32,000 bases of DNA from Candidatus Arthromitus sp. SFB-rat-Yit (GTDB taxonomy: Bacteria; Bacillota; Clostridia; Clostridiales; Clostridiaceae), in assembly GCF_000283555.1 (NCBI RefSeq), contig NC_016012.1, forward strand, positions 690,001 to 722,000, in the 5' to 3' direction. The notes beneath the pieces were generated by a model. It searched no databases, was not told the DNA's origin, and saw nothing but the letters and a program-made list of their open reading frames with translations. Position numbers and translations under genes: made by a program. Below, one piece after another: positions 1 through 10,275 of this stretch. Numbering within the stretch: position 1 is the stretch's first letter; each line of letters starts with the position of its first letter.

Positions 1-1
1 A

Positions 2-91
2 GCTGATTTAAATCAAAGCGAAAATATTAATGATGGACACATAATGGAAGTTATAAATTACAGAAAATTTATAAACAATCAAGTTATTTAA
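2..91 (+). CDS. 3' end of an upstream gene; C-terminus resembles a YifB/ComM-type Mg-chelatase-like ATPase (partial, 5' end outside window)
   Basis: Frame 2 is open from the window edge to TAA at 89-91 and reads ADLNQSENINDGHIMEVINYRKFINNQVI. The ADL..s..I...H..E.I.YR pattern matches what I recall of the Mg_chelatase C-terminal region. comM/yifB-dprA adjacency is common. Only 29 aa are visible. Confidence 0.5.
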   Translation, partial: ADLNQSENINDGHIMEVINYRKFINNQVI

Positions 92-109
92 TGGTAGATA
101 TTAGAAAGG

Positions 110-1213
110 ATGATGAGTGTGAATTTTTATGATTATTGGATTTTGAAGACAAATGTAAGCTCAAATATTAAGATTAAACTTATGGAAGATTTCAAAATAT
201 CTGAAGAAATATACAAAGAATTGATAGAACGTGGAAATTTAAATTATCTAAATTTAAACGAATACGACAAATTTGTTAAAACCTATAAAGAATTAAAAGA
301 TGATTTTGATGTGAATAAATACAATGCTCTTCTTGAAAAGAATAATATAAAATTTGTAAAATTTGGTGATGACGAATATCCTGATAAATTTAAAAATATT
401 GACAATAAACCATTTTCAATATTTTACAAAGGAAACATAAATTTATTGAACAATTATTCTATTTCAATTATCGGAACTAGAAATGCAACTCCATATGGAG
501 AAGAAGTGTGCAAGAAAATATCAAGAGAATTAAGTTTAAATAATGTTGGGGTGGTTAGCGGAGGAGCTAGAGGAATTGATATACTATCTCACAAAATTTG
601 TTTAGAAAACAACGGAATACCTATCTGTGTTCTTGGATCTGGATTATTGAATTACTATCCCAAAGAAAATTTCCACTATTTTAACGAAATAGGGCAGAAT
701 GGTTGTATACTATCCGAATATGATGTGTACACAAATCCGGATAAATTTAATTTTCCTCAACGTAATCGTATAATTAGTGCTATTGGAGATGGACTTATAG
801 TTATTGAAGCTAAAGAAAAGAGCGGAACAATGATAACCGTGAAATATGCACTAGATTATGGAAAAGATATAGCAGCAGTTCCGGGACCTATCTTTTGGGA
901 TAAGAGCATGGGCTGCAATAAATTAATAAGAGATGGTGCTAGCATAATTTCAGAAATTAAAGATTTGTATGATATTTTTAAATTAAACAGAAATACTAAT
1001 AATATTGTTGGAAGAAATTACGAAGAATTGTTATCCGATCCTTCAAAGTACAAAGTTTTTTCATTGATAAAGAATAGGCCTAGCAATGTTGATGAAATTG
1101 CAAATGAAACTGGGATTAATGTGGTTGATATTTATAAAATATTATTTGAACTGGAAAGTTTAAATATTATTGAAGCATCTACAGGTAATTTTTATCAATT
1201 AAAGGCAATTTAA
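110..1213 (+). CDS. dprA: DNA processing/protecting protein DprA (Smf family)
   Basis: 367-aa ORF with DprA Rossmann-core motifs (IIGTRNATPYG, VVSGGARGID, FPQRNRIISA, VIEAKEKSGTMIT) and a C-terminal winged-helix-like tail. The exact start is uncertain (ATG 110 or 113, or GTG 119) because the SD-like GAAAGGA at 104-110 abuts ATG 110. Confidence 0.9.
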   Translation: MMSVNFYDYWILKTNVSSNIKIKLMEDFKISEEIYKELIERGNLNYLNLNEYDKFVKTYKELKDDFDVNKYNALLEKNNIKFVKFGDDEYPDKFKNIDNKPFSIFYKGNINLLNNYSISIIGTRNATPYGEEVCKKISRELSLNNVGVVSGGARGIDILSHKICLENNGIPICVLGSGLLNYYPKENFHYFNEIGQNGCILSEYDVYTNPDKFNFPQRNRIISAIGDGLIVIEAKEKSGTMITVKYALDYGKDIAAVPGPIFWDKSMGCNKLIRDGASIISEIKDLYDIFKLNRNTNNIVGRNYEELLSDPSKYKVFSLIKNRPSNVDEIANETGINVVDIYKILFELESLNIIEASTGNFYQLKAI

Positions 1214-1251
1214 AATAATTATTTCAGATAAATTGAAATTATTTTTTGGCA

Positions 1252-1280
1252 TTGACTATATATGAAAAAAAATATATTAT
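1252..1280 (+). promoter_or_regulatory. candidate sigma-A promoter for topA (TTGACT-17 nt-TATTAT)
   Basis: TTGACT at 1252-1257, a 17-nt spacer, then TATTAT at 1275-1280, about 75 nt upstream of the topA ATG. Sequence match only, in AT-rich context. Confidence 0.35.
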
Positions 1281-1354
1281 ATTTAAAAAATTACATACTT
1301 AATTAATGTTGCTTAAGGGGAATGGAGGGATTACTGATCCTTTGGGATTAAAAT

Positions 1355-3406
1355 ATGGCAAAATATTTAGTTATCGTTGAATCGCCAGCAAAAGCTAAAA
1401 CTATAAAAAAATATCTAGGCTTGAATTATGAAGTTGTTGCATCTATGGGACATATTAGAGATTTACCTAAAAGTAGATTGGGTGTAAACATCGAAGATGA
1501 TTATGAGCCTAACTATATAAATGTTAGGGGTAAAGCTGACCTTATCAAGTCACTTAAAAAATATTCTAAAAAGAGTGAAAAAGTTTTTTTAGCGACAGAC
1601 CCGGATAGAGAAGGCGAAGCTATATCTTGGCACTTAGCATACATATTGGGGATTGATCTTAGTGAAAAGTGTAGAGTTGAGTTTAATGAAATAACTAAAA
1701 CAACTATAAAGAATTCTATCAAGAATGCTAGAAGTATTAATCTTAACTTGGTTAATGCACAACAAGCTAGAAGAGTTGTGGATAGGTTGGTTGGATATGG
1801 AATAAGTCCAATTTTATGGAAAACAGTGAAGCCTAAATTAAGTGCCGGTAGAGTTCAGTCTGCAGCTTTGAAGTTAATATGTGACAGAGAGAACGAAATA
1901 AATAATTTTGAAGTCAAACAATACTTTACTATAGAAGGCACTGGAAGAAAGAATTCTAAGAAATATGTGTTTAAACTTCATTCAAAGAACAAAGAAAAAT
2001 TAGATGAATTAACAAAGGATAGGGTTTCAGAAATACTGGATGATTTATCTAAAGGCAAGTATGTTGTAGATGAAGTAAAGGAAGGTATAAAAAATAAATA
2101 TCCGTTACCACCTTTTACTACGAGCACTCTTCAACAGGATGCTTACAAGAAATTAAATTTTCAAACTAAGAAGACCATGTCTGTTGCTCAATCATTATAT
2201 GAAGGAGTTGATATTAAAGGATATGGGGTTGTTGGTTTAATTACTTATATGAGGACAGATTCTGTTAGATTGTCAAGCGATTCGTTAAATCAAGCAAATG
2301 AATTTGTTAAAAAAGTATATGGGGATAAATATAAACTTGATAAACCAAGGCAATATGGGAAAAATAATAAGAATATTCAAGATGCACATGAGGCTATAAG
2401 GCCTACTAATGTTGAGATTACGCCAGAAATTGCAAAGCAAACACTAAAAGATGATCAGTATAAATTATACTCTCTTATATGGAAAAGATTTTTGGCAAGT
2501 CAAATGGCTAACGCTGTGTATAACACAATGTCTATTTCTATAAAAAATAATGGTTATTTATTTAAATTAAGCGGATCTCAATTAAAATTTGATGGATTTT
2601 TAAAGGTTTATGAAATTGATAAAGATGACAAAGATTTGATATTACCAATTTTTGAAGAAGGAGAAGAATTGAATAATATTAAAATAGAAAGTGTGGAACA
2701 TTTCACGCAGCCTCCTTCAAGGTATACTGAGGCATCTTTTGTTAAATTAATGGAAGAAAAATCTATAGGAAGACCGAGTACATATGTGCCAACTATAAGT
2801 ACTCTTTTTGATCGTATGTATTTAAAACGTCAAAATAAACAATTTGTTCCTACTGAATTAGGAATTATTGTTAATGATCTTATAAAAAATAATTTCACAG
2901 AAATTGTTGATATAGATTTTACAGCTGATATGGAAAAAAAATTAGATGGAATAGAAGAAGGTAAGGTTGATTGGAAGAACATAGTTCATGAATTCTACAA
3001 GCCACTTAAGGAAAAAATTGATATAGCTGAAAATACTGTTGAGAAAGTCGTAATTGAAGATGAAGTTACTGATGTTTTATGCGATAAATGTGGACGTAAT
3101 ATGGTGAAGAAACACAGTAGATATGGTGTTTTTTTGGCGTGCCCAGGGTATCCAGAATGTAAAAATACTAAATCAATTACTCAAAAACTAAATGTCTCGT
3201 GCCCAAAATGTGGCGGAGAGATTAATGTAAGAAAAAGTAAAAAAGGCAAAGTATTCTATGGATGTAATAATTATCCGGAGTGTGATTTTGTATCATGGAA
3301 TGAACCGAGCGATGTGAAATGTTCTAGATGCGGTGGTATAACTGTTAAAAAAATTAAAAGAAAACAAGAAGTTTATGAATGTATCGATGAAAACTGTAAA
3401 GAATAA
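1355..3406 (+). CDS. topA: DNA topoisomerase I
   Basis: 683-aa ORF with a TOPRIM N-terminus (LVIVESPAKAKTI, DPDREGEAISWH) and a catalytic Tyr region (GLITYMRTDS). It has three C-terminal Cys4 zinc-ribbon repeats (CDKC..CPGYPEC, CPKC..CNNYPEC, CSRC..CIDENC). Confidence 0.97.
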   Translation: MAKYLVIVESPAKAKTIKKYLGLNYEVVASMGHIRDLPKSRLGVNIEDDYEPNYINVRGKADLIKSLKKYSKKSEKVFLATDPDREGEAISWHLAYILGIDLSEKCRVEFNEITKTTIKNSIKNARSINLNLVNAQQARRVVDRLVGYGISPILWKTVKPKLSAGRVQSAALKLICDRENEINNFEVKQYFTIEGTGRKNSKKYVFKLHSKNKEKLDELTKDRVSEILDDLSKGKYVVDEVKEGIKNKYPLPPFTTSTLQQDAYKKLNFQTKKTMSVAQSLYEGVDIKGYGVVGLITYMRTDSVRLSSDSLNQANEFVKKVYGDKYKLDKPRQYGKNNKNIQDAHEAIRPTNVEITPEIAKQTLKDDQYKLYSLIWKRFLASQMANAVYNTMSISIKNNGYLFKLSGSQLKFDGFLKVYEIDKDDKDLILPIFEEGEELNNIKIESVEHFTQPPSRYTEASFVKLMEEKSIGRPSTYVPTISTLFDRMYLKRQNKQFVPTELGIIVNDLIKNNFTEIVDIDFTADMEKKLDGIEEGKVDWKNIVHEFYKPLKEKIDIAENTVEKVVIEDEVTDVLCDKCGRNMVKKHSRYGVFLACPGYPECKNTKSITQKLNVSCPKCGGEINVRKSKKGKVFYGCNNYPECDFVSWNEPSDVKCSRCGGITVKKIKRKQEVYECIDENCKE

Positions 3407-3418
3407 ATAAAATTTTTA

Positions 3419-3447
3419 TTGATGCTTTATTACCTATGTGATATATT
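3419..3447 (+). promoter_or_regulatory. candidate sigma-A promoter for rpsB-tsf with extended -10 (TTGATG-17 nt-TGaTATATT)
   Basis: TTGATG at 3419-3424, TG at 3439-3440 and TATATT at 3442-3447. This would leave a leader of roughly 100 nt before rpsB. Confidence 0.4.
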
Positions 3448-3550
3448 AGAGAATGATTAAGCACATCACCTAGTTTAAATCTTGGTGCTTTTGAAAAGTT
3501 TGGTTTAAAATATGGGTGGTGGAAGATTTAACCAAATGGAGGATTTTTTA

Positions 3551-4276
3551 ATGTCAATTATTTCAATGAAACAATTATTAGAAGCTGGGGTTCACTTTGG
3601 ACATCAAACAAGAAGATGGAATCCTAAAATGAGAAAATTTATTTTTGCAGAAAGAAATGGAATATACATAATAGATTTACAGAAAACTGTTAAGAAATTA
3701 GAGGAAGCGTATGAGTTTGTAAGAAGTTTGTCTGCTGAGGGAAAAGACATTTTATTTGTTGGAACTAAAAAACAGGCTCAAGAAACAATAGGAGAAGAAG
3801 CTGCAAGAGTAGGAATGCACTATGTTAATCATAGATGGTTAGGTGGAATGCTAACTAATTTTAGAACTATTAGAGATAGAATCAAACGTCTTGAAACTCT
3901 AAAGGCAATGGAGGAAGATGGGACATTTTCTTTGATGTTAAAGAAAGAAGTTGTAAAACTCCGTGCTGAAATAGAAAAATTAGAGAGAAACCTAGGTGGA
4001 ATGAAAAATTTAAATGCTAATAACATTGGAGCAATGTTTATAATAGATCCTAAAAAGGAAAGAAATGCTGTTTATGAAGCCAAGAAATTAGGAATTCCAA
4101 TTGTTTCAGTTGTAGATACAAATTGTGATCCTGATGAAATAGATTTTCCTATCCCAGGAAATGATGATGCTATAAGAGCTGTAAAATTAATAACTAGTAA
4201 AATAGCTGATGCTGTTGTTGAAGGAAGACAGGGCATAGATGTTGTAGAAGAAGTTCAAGAAAGTCAAGAAGCTTAA
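3551..4276 (+). CDS. rpsB: 30S ribosomal protein S2
   Basis: S2 signature [19 protein letters not shown] near the N-terminus. The start is placed at ATG 3551 (GGAGG at 3538-3542, 8-nt spacing) instead of the track's 3512, which adds a non-conserved [13 protein letters not shown] extension with no SD. Confidence 0.97.
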   Translation: MSIISMKQLLEAGVHFGHQTRRWNPKMRKFIFAERNGIYIIDLQKTVKKLEEAYEFVRSLSAEGKDILFVGTKKQAQETIGEEAARVGMHYVNHRWLGGMLTNFRTIRDRIKRLETLKAMEEDGTFSLMLKKEVVKLRAEIEKLERNLGGMKNLNANNIGAMFIIDPKKERNAVYEAKKLGIPIVSVVDTNCDPDEIDFPIPGNDDAIRAVKLITSKIADAVVEGRQGIDVVEEVQESQEA

Positions 4277-4290
4277 AGGGAGGAATTGTA

Positions 4291-5220
4291 ATGGTAACTG
4301 CACAATTAGTTAAAGAGTTAAGAGAGTTAACTGGAGCTGGAATGATGGATTGCAAGAAGGCTTTATCTGAAACAAATGGTGATCTTAGTAAAGCTGTAGA
4401 TGTTTTAAGAGAAAAAGGGTTAGCATCAGCAGCTAAAAAGGCTGGTAGAGTTGCAGCTGAGGGAGTTGTTTCTTCTTATGTTAATGCAGATTCCTCAAAA
4501 GGAACTTTGGTTGAGTTGAATTGTGAAACAGACTTCGTAGCTATTAATCCACTATTTGTACAATTATCTAAAGAGATTTGTGAAATAGCCTCTGAAAATC
4601 AATGTGAAGATGTTCAAACAATTGAAACTTTGGATTACAAATTCAGTTCAGAGTTTGCTACAGTTAAAGATGCTATTGTTGGTTTGGTGTCTAAACTTGG
4701 CGAAAACATATCGTTAAGGAGAGCTGTTAATTATTCAACTAATGAAGGAGTAGTTAATACTTATATCCATGGTGATGGTAAAATAGGTGTTATGGTTGAG
4801 TTGAAAAGCGAGAATAAGGGTGAAGAAGTTTTAAAAGTAGCTAAAGATATTTGCATGCAAATAGCTGCCGCTAATCCTTTATTTTTAAATATTGATAGCG
4901 TTGATCAATCGGTTGTTGAAAAAGAGCGTCAAATTTTAAAAACTCAAGCTTTGAATGAAGGAAAACCAGAGCAAGTAGTTGAAAAAATGGTTGAAGGAAG
5001 AATCAAGAAGTATTACCAAGAAATTTGTTTACTTGAACAAAGTTTTGTTAAAGATCCAGATTTAACAGTTACGAAATTTATTGAAAATAAATCTAAGGAG
5101 TTAGGATCAAAAATTCAAATTATACGTTTCTCACGTTTTGAAAAAGGGGAAGGTATAGAAAAGGCTGAAGAGAATTTTGCTGAAGAAGTTCAAAAGCAAA
5201 TTAATAAAGGTGATAAATAA
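4291..5220 (+). CDS. tsf: translation elongation factor Ts
   Basis: 309-aa ORF with the EF-Ts N-terminal motif VKELRELTGAGMMDCKKAL. A GGGAGGA SD lies just upstream, and the gene follows rpsB as in the conserved rpsB-tsf pair. Confidence 0.97.
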   Translation: MVTAQLVKELRELTGAGMMDCKKALSETNGDLSKAVDVLREKGLASAAKKAGRVAAEGVVSSYVNADSSKGTLVELNCETDFVAINPLFVQLSKEICEIASENQCEDVQTIETLDYKFSSEFATVKDAIVGLVSKLGENISLRRAVNYSTNEGVVNTYIHGDGKIGVMVELKSENKGEEVLKVAKDICMQIAAANPLFLNIDSVDQSVVEKERQILKTQALNEGKPEQVVEKMVEGRIKKYYQEICLLEQSFVKDPDLTVTKFIENKSKELGSKIQIIRFSRFEKGEGIEKAEENFAEEVQKQINKGDK

Positions 5221-5234
5221 GATTTGTTTTGTAG

Positions 5235-6005
<771 letters not shown>

Positions 6006-6019
6006 GTGAGGTGTTTAAG

Positions 6020-6577
6020 ATGGTTAGTCAAATAATGGACGTATTAAAAGAAAAAATGTTAAAAACTATAGATGTATTGTTGGAGGATTTAAATTCTGTT
6101 AGAGTTGGGAGGGCTAATCCGAGTATGCTTGATAGAATAGAAGTTGAGTATTATGGGAGTATGACAAAAATTAATCAGATTGCCAATATTTCTACACCAG
6201 AGCCAAGAACATTAATGATTCAACCTTGGGAAAAGAACATTTTAAAAGATATTGAAAAAGCAATATTAAAATCAGATTTAGGATTGATGCCAAATAATGA
6301 TGGAACATTAATAAGATTAACTATACCTGAAATGACAGAAGAAACTAGAAAAAATACAGCTAAAAAGGTTAAAAAAATTGCTGAGGAATCAAAAGTTGCT
6401 TTAAGATCTCTAAGAAGAGATGCAAATGATAAAGTTAAATCGCTAAAGAAAGAATCATCAATAACAGAAGATGATTTGAAAAAAGCAGAAGATGAAATAC
6501 AAAAACAAACAGATAAATTTGTCAAAAAGATAGATGAAATAGTTGTTAATAAAGAGAAGGAAATAATGTCAATTTAG
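6020..6577 (+). CDS. frr: ribosome recycling factor
   Basis: Typical RRF sequence (RVGRANPSMLD, TPEPRTLMIQPW, IPEMTEETRK). ATG 6020, with GTGAGGTG at 6006-6013, is preferred over GTG 6011. Confidence 0.95.
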   Translation: MVSQIMDVLKEKMLKTIDVLLEDLNSVRVGRANPSMLDRIEVEYYGSMTKINQIANISTPEPRTLMIQPWEKNILKDIEKAILKSDLGLMPNNDGTLIRLTIPEMTEETRKNTAKKVKKIAEESKVALRSLRRDANDKVKSLKKESSITEDDLKKAEDEIQKQTDKFVKKIDEIVVNKEKEIMSI

Positions 6578-6593
6578 GAAGGTTCGATTAGAA

Positions 6594-7319
6594 TTGAATT
6601 TAAAACAGAAAGGTCTTCCAAATCATATTGCGATAATTTTAGATGGTAATGGAAGATGGGCAAAAAAGAGGAATCTCTCAAGGACTGATGGACATAAAGC
6701 TGGGGTAGATAATTTAGAAACACTTATAGATCAATGTAAGGATCTTAATATAAAATACATAACGCTGTACGTATTTTCTACAGAAAATTGGAAACGTCCA
6801 GCATTTGAAGTTAGTAATTTAATGTTATTATTAAATAAATATTTAACTGAGAAGATTGATGATCTGATGAATAAAAATATAAAATTAAATATTATTGGTG
6901 ATATTAGTGGATTACCAAATAAAACCAGAAAGTTAATAGTATCTGCAGTTGATAAAACTAAAAATAATTTTAAATTGATTTTAACCCTTGCAATAAATTA
7001 TGGTGGTAGAAATGAGATATTACGAGCTGTTAAAAATTTAGCTAATGATGTTAAGAATTTAAAATTGAATATTGATGATATTGATGAAAGATTATTTTCA
7101 GACTATTTGTATACATATGACATACCAGATCCAGATTTATTAATTCGTACTAGCGGGGAATATAGATTAAGTAATTTTTTATTGTGGCAATGTGCTTACA
7201 CTGAATTTTGGTACACAGATGTGTTTTGGCCAGATTTCGGAAAAACTGATTTATATAATGCTTTAGAGAGTTTTAAAAAAAGGAAAAGACGTTTTGGAAA
7301 GGTAGAGGATGATAATTAA
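6594..7319 (+). CDS. uppS: undecaprenyl (isoprenyl) diphosphate synthase
   Basis: Motifs HIAIILDGNGRWA, FSTENWKRP and RTSGEYRLSNFLLWQ. TTG start with AGGAAGG upstream. Confidence 0.93.
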   Translation: MNLKQKGLPNHIAIILDGNGRWAKKRNLSRTDGHKAGVDNLETLIDQCKDLNIKYITLYVFSTENWKRPAFEVSNLMLLLNKYLTEKIDDLMNKNIKLNIIGDISGLPNKTRKLIVSAVDKTKNNFKLILTLAINYGGRNEILRAVKNLANDVKNLKLNIDDIDERLFSDYLYTYDIPDPDLLIRTSGEYRLSNFLLWQCAYTEFWYTDVFWPDFGKTDLYNALESFKKRKRRFGKVEDDN

Positions 7320-8094
7320 TTTTTCAAAAATAAGCAAAAGATATATAGGATCATTAATAATTATTCCGATAATTATATCATTGATTTTGGGCAATTTTTG
7401 TTTGAAAGCTGTGACATTTATTATAACTATTTTATCTTTAATTGAATTTTCAAATGCTTTTACAAAAAAAAATTTAAGGATTAATAAATGTTTACTTATT
7501 TTTTTTGTAATAATATATTATATATTAGGAATTAAATACATAGATATTTTAATAATTTTATTTCTACCTATATTGCTATGCTTTTTGTTAGATGACAAGA
7601 GAAGTATTATAGATATAAGTCTTGATTTTATAGCTATTTTTTATATAGTAATACCATTTAGTTTTATTTTTATATTAGATGAAATTAATATTTATTTAGT
7701 TTGGATTATTTTTTTATCTGCTTGGACAATAGATACTATGGCATATATGGTTGGCAAAAATTTTGGGAAGCATAAACTAATTGAAAAAATAAGTCCAAAT
7801 AAAACGGTGGAAGGATTTATTGCTGGAGTTGTAAGTTGCATTGTAGTTATTGTGACTTATGGTGTTGTTTTTATGGACAGATTGAATATCTCAATGCTTA
7901 ATTTGGTTTTGTTAAGTTTGACAATAGGAATTATAGGACAGATAGGAGATTTAGTTGCGTCATCAATAAAAAGGTTTGCCGACATTAAAGATTTTAGCAA
8001 TTTAATTCCTGGGCATGGTGGTATATTAGATAGATTTGATAGCATATTGTTCATATCTATTGTTGTATTTATTTATTCTCAAATTTTTATGTAA
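7309..8094 (+). CDS. cdsA: phosphatidate cytidylyltransferase (CDP-diglyceride synthase)
   Basis: Polytopic hydrophobic protein with the CdsA signature SSIKRFADIKDFSNLIPGHGGILDRFDS. It overlaps the uppS end by 11 nt. Confidence 0.9.
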   Translation: MIINFSKISKRYIGSLIIIPIIISLILGNFCLKAVTFIITILSLIEFSNAFTKKNLRINKCLLIFFVIIYYILGIKYIDILIILFLPILLCFLLDDKRSIIDISLDFIAIFYIVIPFSFIFILDEINIYLVWIIFLSAWTIDTMAYMVGKNFGKHKLIEKISPNKTVEGFIAGVVSCIVVIVTYGVVFMDRLNISMLNLVLLSLTIGIIGQIGDLVASSIKRFADIKDFSNLIPGHGGILDRFDSILFISIVVFIYSQIFM

Positions 8095-8105
8095 AGGAGC
8101 ATTAA

Positions 8106-9146
8106 ATGAGTAATTTAATTATAATACTTTTGGTTGCAGTGAGTTTTGGTATTCTTATAATTGGGCATGAGTTTGGTCATTTTATTGTAGCAAAAATGAA
8201 TGGGGTTTTAGTTGAAGAGTTTGCTATAGGAATGGGGCCTTTATTATTTAAAATTAAAGGCAAAGAAACTATGTACTCTATAAGATTATTACCTATTGGT
8301 GGATATGTTAAGATGTTAGGAGAATATGAGGATTCTGATGAAGAAGTTGATAGAACTAGTCAGGATAGAGCTTACATATATAAAAGTCCATTAAGAAAGA
8401 TATCCATAATTTTAGCTGGACCAATTATGAATTTTATTTTGGCGTTTTTTATTTTTTGGGGAATTAGTACATTTAATGGATACACTGATACGGTTATAAG
8501 GGAGGTTGTCGCAGGAAGTCCAGCTGAGACTGCAGGATTGAAGAATGGAGACAAATTAATATCTGTAAACTCTAAAAAGTTTTTGAATTGGAACGAGTTT
8601 GTATTTAAGTTACAAACAGTTGAGAACAAAGAGAAGATTAATATAGGAGTTATAAGGGATAGTCAAAAAATTAATTTTGATGTTTTTCCGAATATTGAAA
8701 ATAATTCATTAACTATTGGTATTAAGCCACAGATTGTAGAAAAGCCTGGATTTTTTGAAGGTGTAGCTAATGGATTTAGGCAAACCGTATCAGAAATTAA
8801 ACAGGTCATATCATCTCTAGGACAGCTTATAACAGGTAAAGCATCTGTTAAAGATTTGAGTGGACCAATTACTATCTTTAAAGTTTCGGGTCAAGCAGCT
8901 AAGGCTGGAATTCAACAATTGTTAAATTTCACAGCGTTTCTTAGTGTGAATTTAGGAATTTTTAACTTGATACCTTTCCCAGCTTTAGATGGTGGAGCTT
9001 TTGTTATTAATTTAATAGAGTTGGTTTCTAAAAAGAGAATTAAGCAGGAGATTTTAGCGAAGATAAATTTTGTTGGATTTACATTGTTAATTTTGTTAAT
9101 GATTTTTGTAACATTGAAAGATATACTATTTCCTGTAGCTTTATAA
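8106..9146 (+). CDS. rseP: RIP zinc metalloprotease RseP/RasP (site-2 protease, PDZ domain)
   Basis: HEFGHF (HExxH) in the first TM segment, a central PDZ-like segment (GSPAETAGLKNGDKLISVN), and NLIPFPALDGG near the C-terminus. Confidence 0.9.
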   Translation: MSNLIIILLVAVSFGILIIGHEFGHFIVAKMNGVLVEEFAIGMGPLLFKIKGKETMYSIRLLPIGGYVKMLGEYEDSDEEVDRTSQDRAYIYKSPLRKISIILAGPIMNFILAFFIFWGISTFNGYTDTVIREVVAGSPAETAGLKNGDKLISVNSKKFLNWNEFVFKLQTVENKEKINIGVIRDSQKINFDVFPNIENNSLTIGIKPQIVEKPGFFEGVANGFRQTVSEIKQVISSLGQLITGKASVKDLSGPITIFKVSGQAAKAGIQQLLNFTAFLSVNLGIFNLIPFPALDGGAFVINLIELVSKKRIKQEILAKINFVGFTLLILLMIFVTLKDILFPVAL

Positions 9147-9174
9147 TTTTTGTTAGATAAGGAATGGGATTAAA

Positions 9175-10224
9175 TTGGATAGAATTTTAAAAAATGAGGT
9201 AAATATAGGTAATATAAAAATCGGTGGATGTAATCCAATAGCAATTCAATCAATGACTAATACAAATACTAAGGATATAAATGCGACTATAAATCAAATT
9301 AATTCTTTGGAAAAAGAAGGATGTGATATAGTTAGAATTGCTGTTACTGATAATCAAGAGGTAGAATGTATCCCTACAATTAAGAAGAATACAAACATTC
9401 CTTTAGTGGCTGATATACAATTTGATTATAAGATAGCTTTAGGTTGTATAAAAAATGGAATTGACAAGGTTAGAATAAATCCAGGTAATATTGGTAATGA
9501 AGATAAAGTTCGAGAAGTTGTTAATGCTTGTGATGAATATGGAATTCCAATAAGAATTGGCGTTAATGGAGGTTCACTTCAGAAAGATATTCTTAGTAAG
9601 TATGGAAGAAAGACAACTGATGCATTAGTTGAGAGTGTTTTGAAAAATGTTGATTTGTTAGAGAAATTTCGATTTAAAAACATAGTCATTTCAGTTAAAT
9701 CGTCAGATGTTGATATGATGATTGAATCTTATAAGAAAATTTCTAGTGAGGTTAATTATCCATTACATTTGGGTGTTACGGAGGCAGGTTTATTTTTATC
9801 AGGAGCTGTTAAGTCAAGTATTGGTATTGGTACTTTATTGCATAATGGTATAGGTGATACTATTAGGGTTTCTTTAACGGATGATCCTGTGAATGAAATT
9901 AGGGTCGCTAAAGAAATATTAAAATCTTTGAACATTTATAATAAAGGTGTGAATTTGATTTCTTGTCCAACTTGTTCAAGGACAAAGTTTAATCTTATAG
10001 ACTTAGCAAATAAAGTTGAGCAATTGACTAAGGAAATAGATAAAAATATAACTATTGCAGTAATGGGATGTGCTGTTAATGGTCCAGGGGAAGCAAGAGA
10101 GGCAGACATTGGAGTTGCTGGTGGAAATGGTGAAGGATTAATTTTTAAAAAAGGTGAAATACTTAGAAAGGTCAAAGAAGAAAATTTGTTAGAAGAATTG
10201 AAAAAGGAAATAGATACTTTATAA
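9175..10224 (+). CDS. ispG: 4-hydroxy-3-methylbut-2-en-1-yl diphosphate synthase (flavodoxin)
   Basis: GcpE-type sequence (AIQSMTNT, VRINPGNIG) with Fe-S Cys motifs CPTCSRT and MGCAVNGPGEA. TTG start preceded by AAGGAATGGG. Confidence 0.95.
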   Translation: MDRILKNEVNIGNIKIGGCNPIAIQSMTNTNTKDINATINQINSLEKEGCDIVRIAVTDNQEVECIPTIKKNTNIPLVADIQFDYKIALGCIKNGIDKVRINPGNIGNEDKVREVVNACDEYGIPIRIGVNGGSLQKDILSKYGRKTTDALVESVLKNVDLLEKFRFKNIVISVKSSDVDMMIESYKKISSEVNYPLHLGVTEAGLFLSGAVKSSIGIGTLLHNGIGDTIRVSLTDDPVNEIRVAKEILKSLNIYNKGVNLISCPTCSRTKFNLIDLANKVEQLTKEIDKNITIAVMGCAVNGPGEAREADIGVAGGNGEGLIFKKGEILRKVKEENLLEELKKEIDTL

Positions 10225-10252
10225 AGAGAGGAAAATTGATTCCTCTCTTTTA
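10225..10252 (+). terminator. intrinsic terminator after ispG
   Basis: AGAGAGGA (10225-10232) pairs with TCCTCTCT (10241-10248) across an 8-nt loop, followed by TTTTAAATTTT. Confidence 0.7.
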
Positions 10253-10275
10253 AATTTTAAGTGAGTGAGGTAAGA

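Noticed and set aside
1262-1354. Small ORFs of 14 and 24 codons, and a strong SD-like AAGGGGAATGGAGGGA located about 25-40 nt upstream of the topA ATG.
   Set aside because: The mini-ORFs have no SD of their own, and one overlaps the topA start out of frame. The G-rich stretch is too far from any start codon to act as its SD. I found only 4-bp pairings around it, which is not enough to propose a structure.
3512-3550. N-terminal extensions in the ORF track: rpsB at 3512, pyrH at 5253, frr at 6011, polC at 10261, the Crp/Fnr regulator at 15168, tepA at 28368 and ftsK at 29337.
   Set aside because: The extensions lack SD sequences, add non-conserved residues ahead of the family-typical N-termini, and in two cases (5253 and 28368) overlap the upstream terminator hairpin. 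Downstream starts with good SD spacing were chosen instead.
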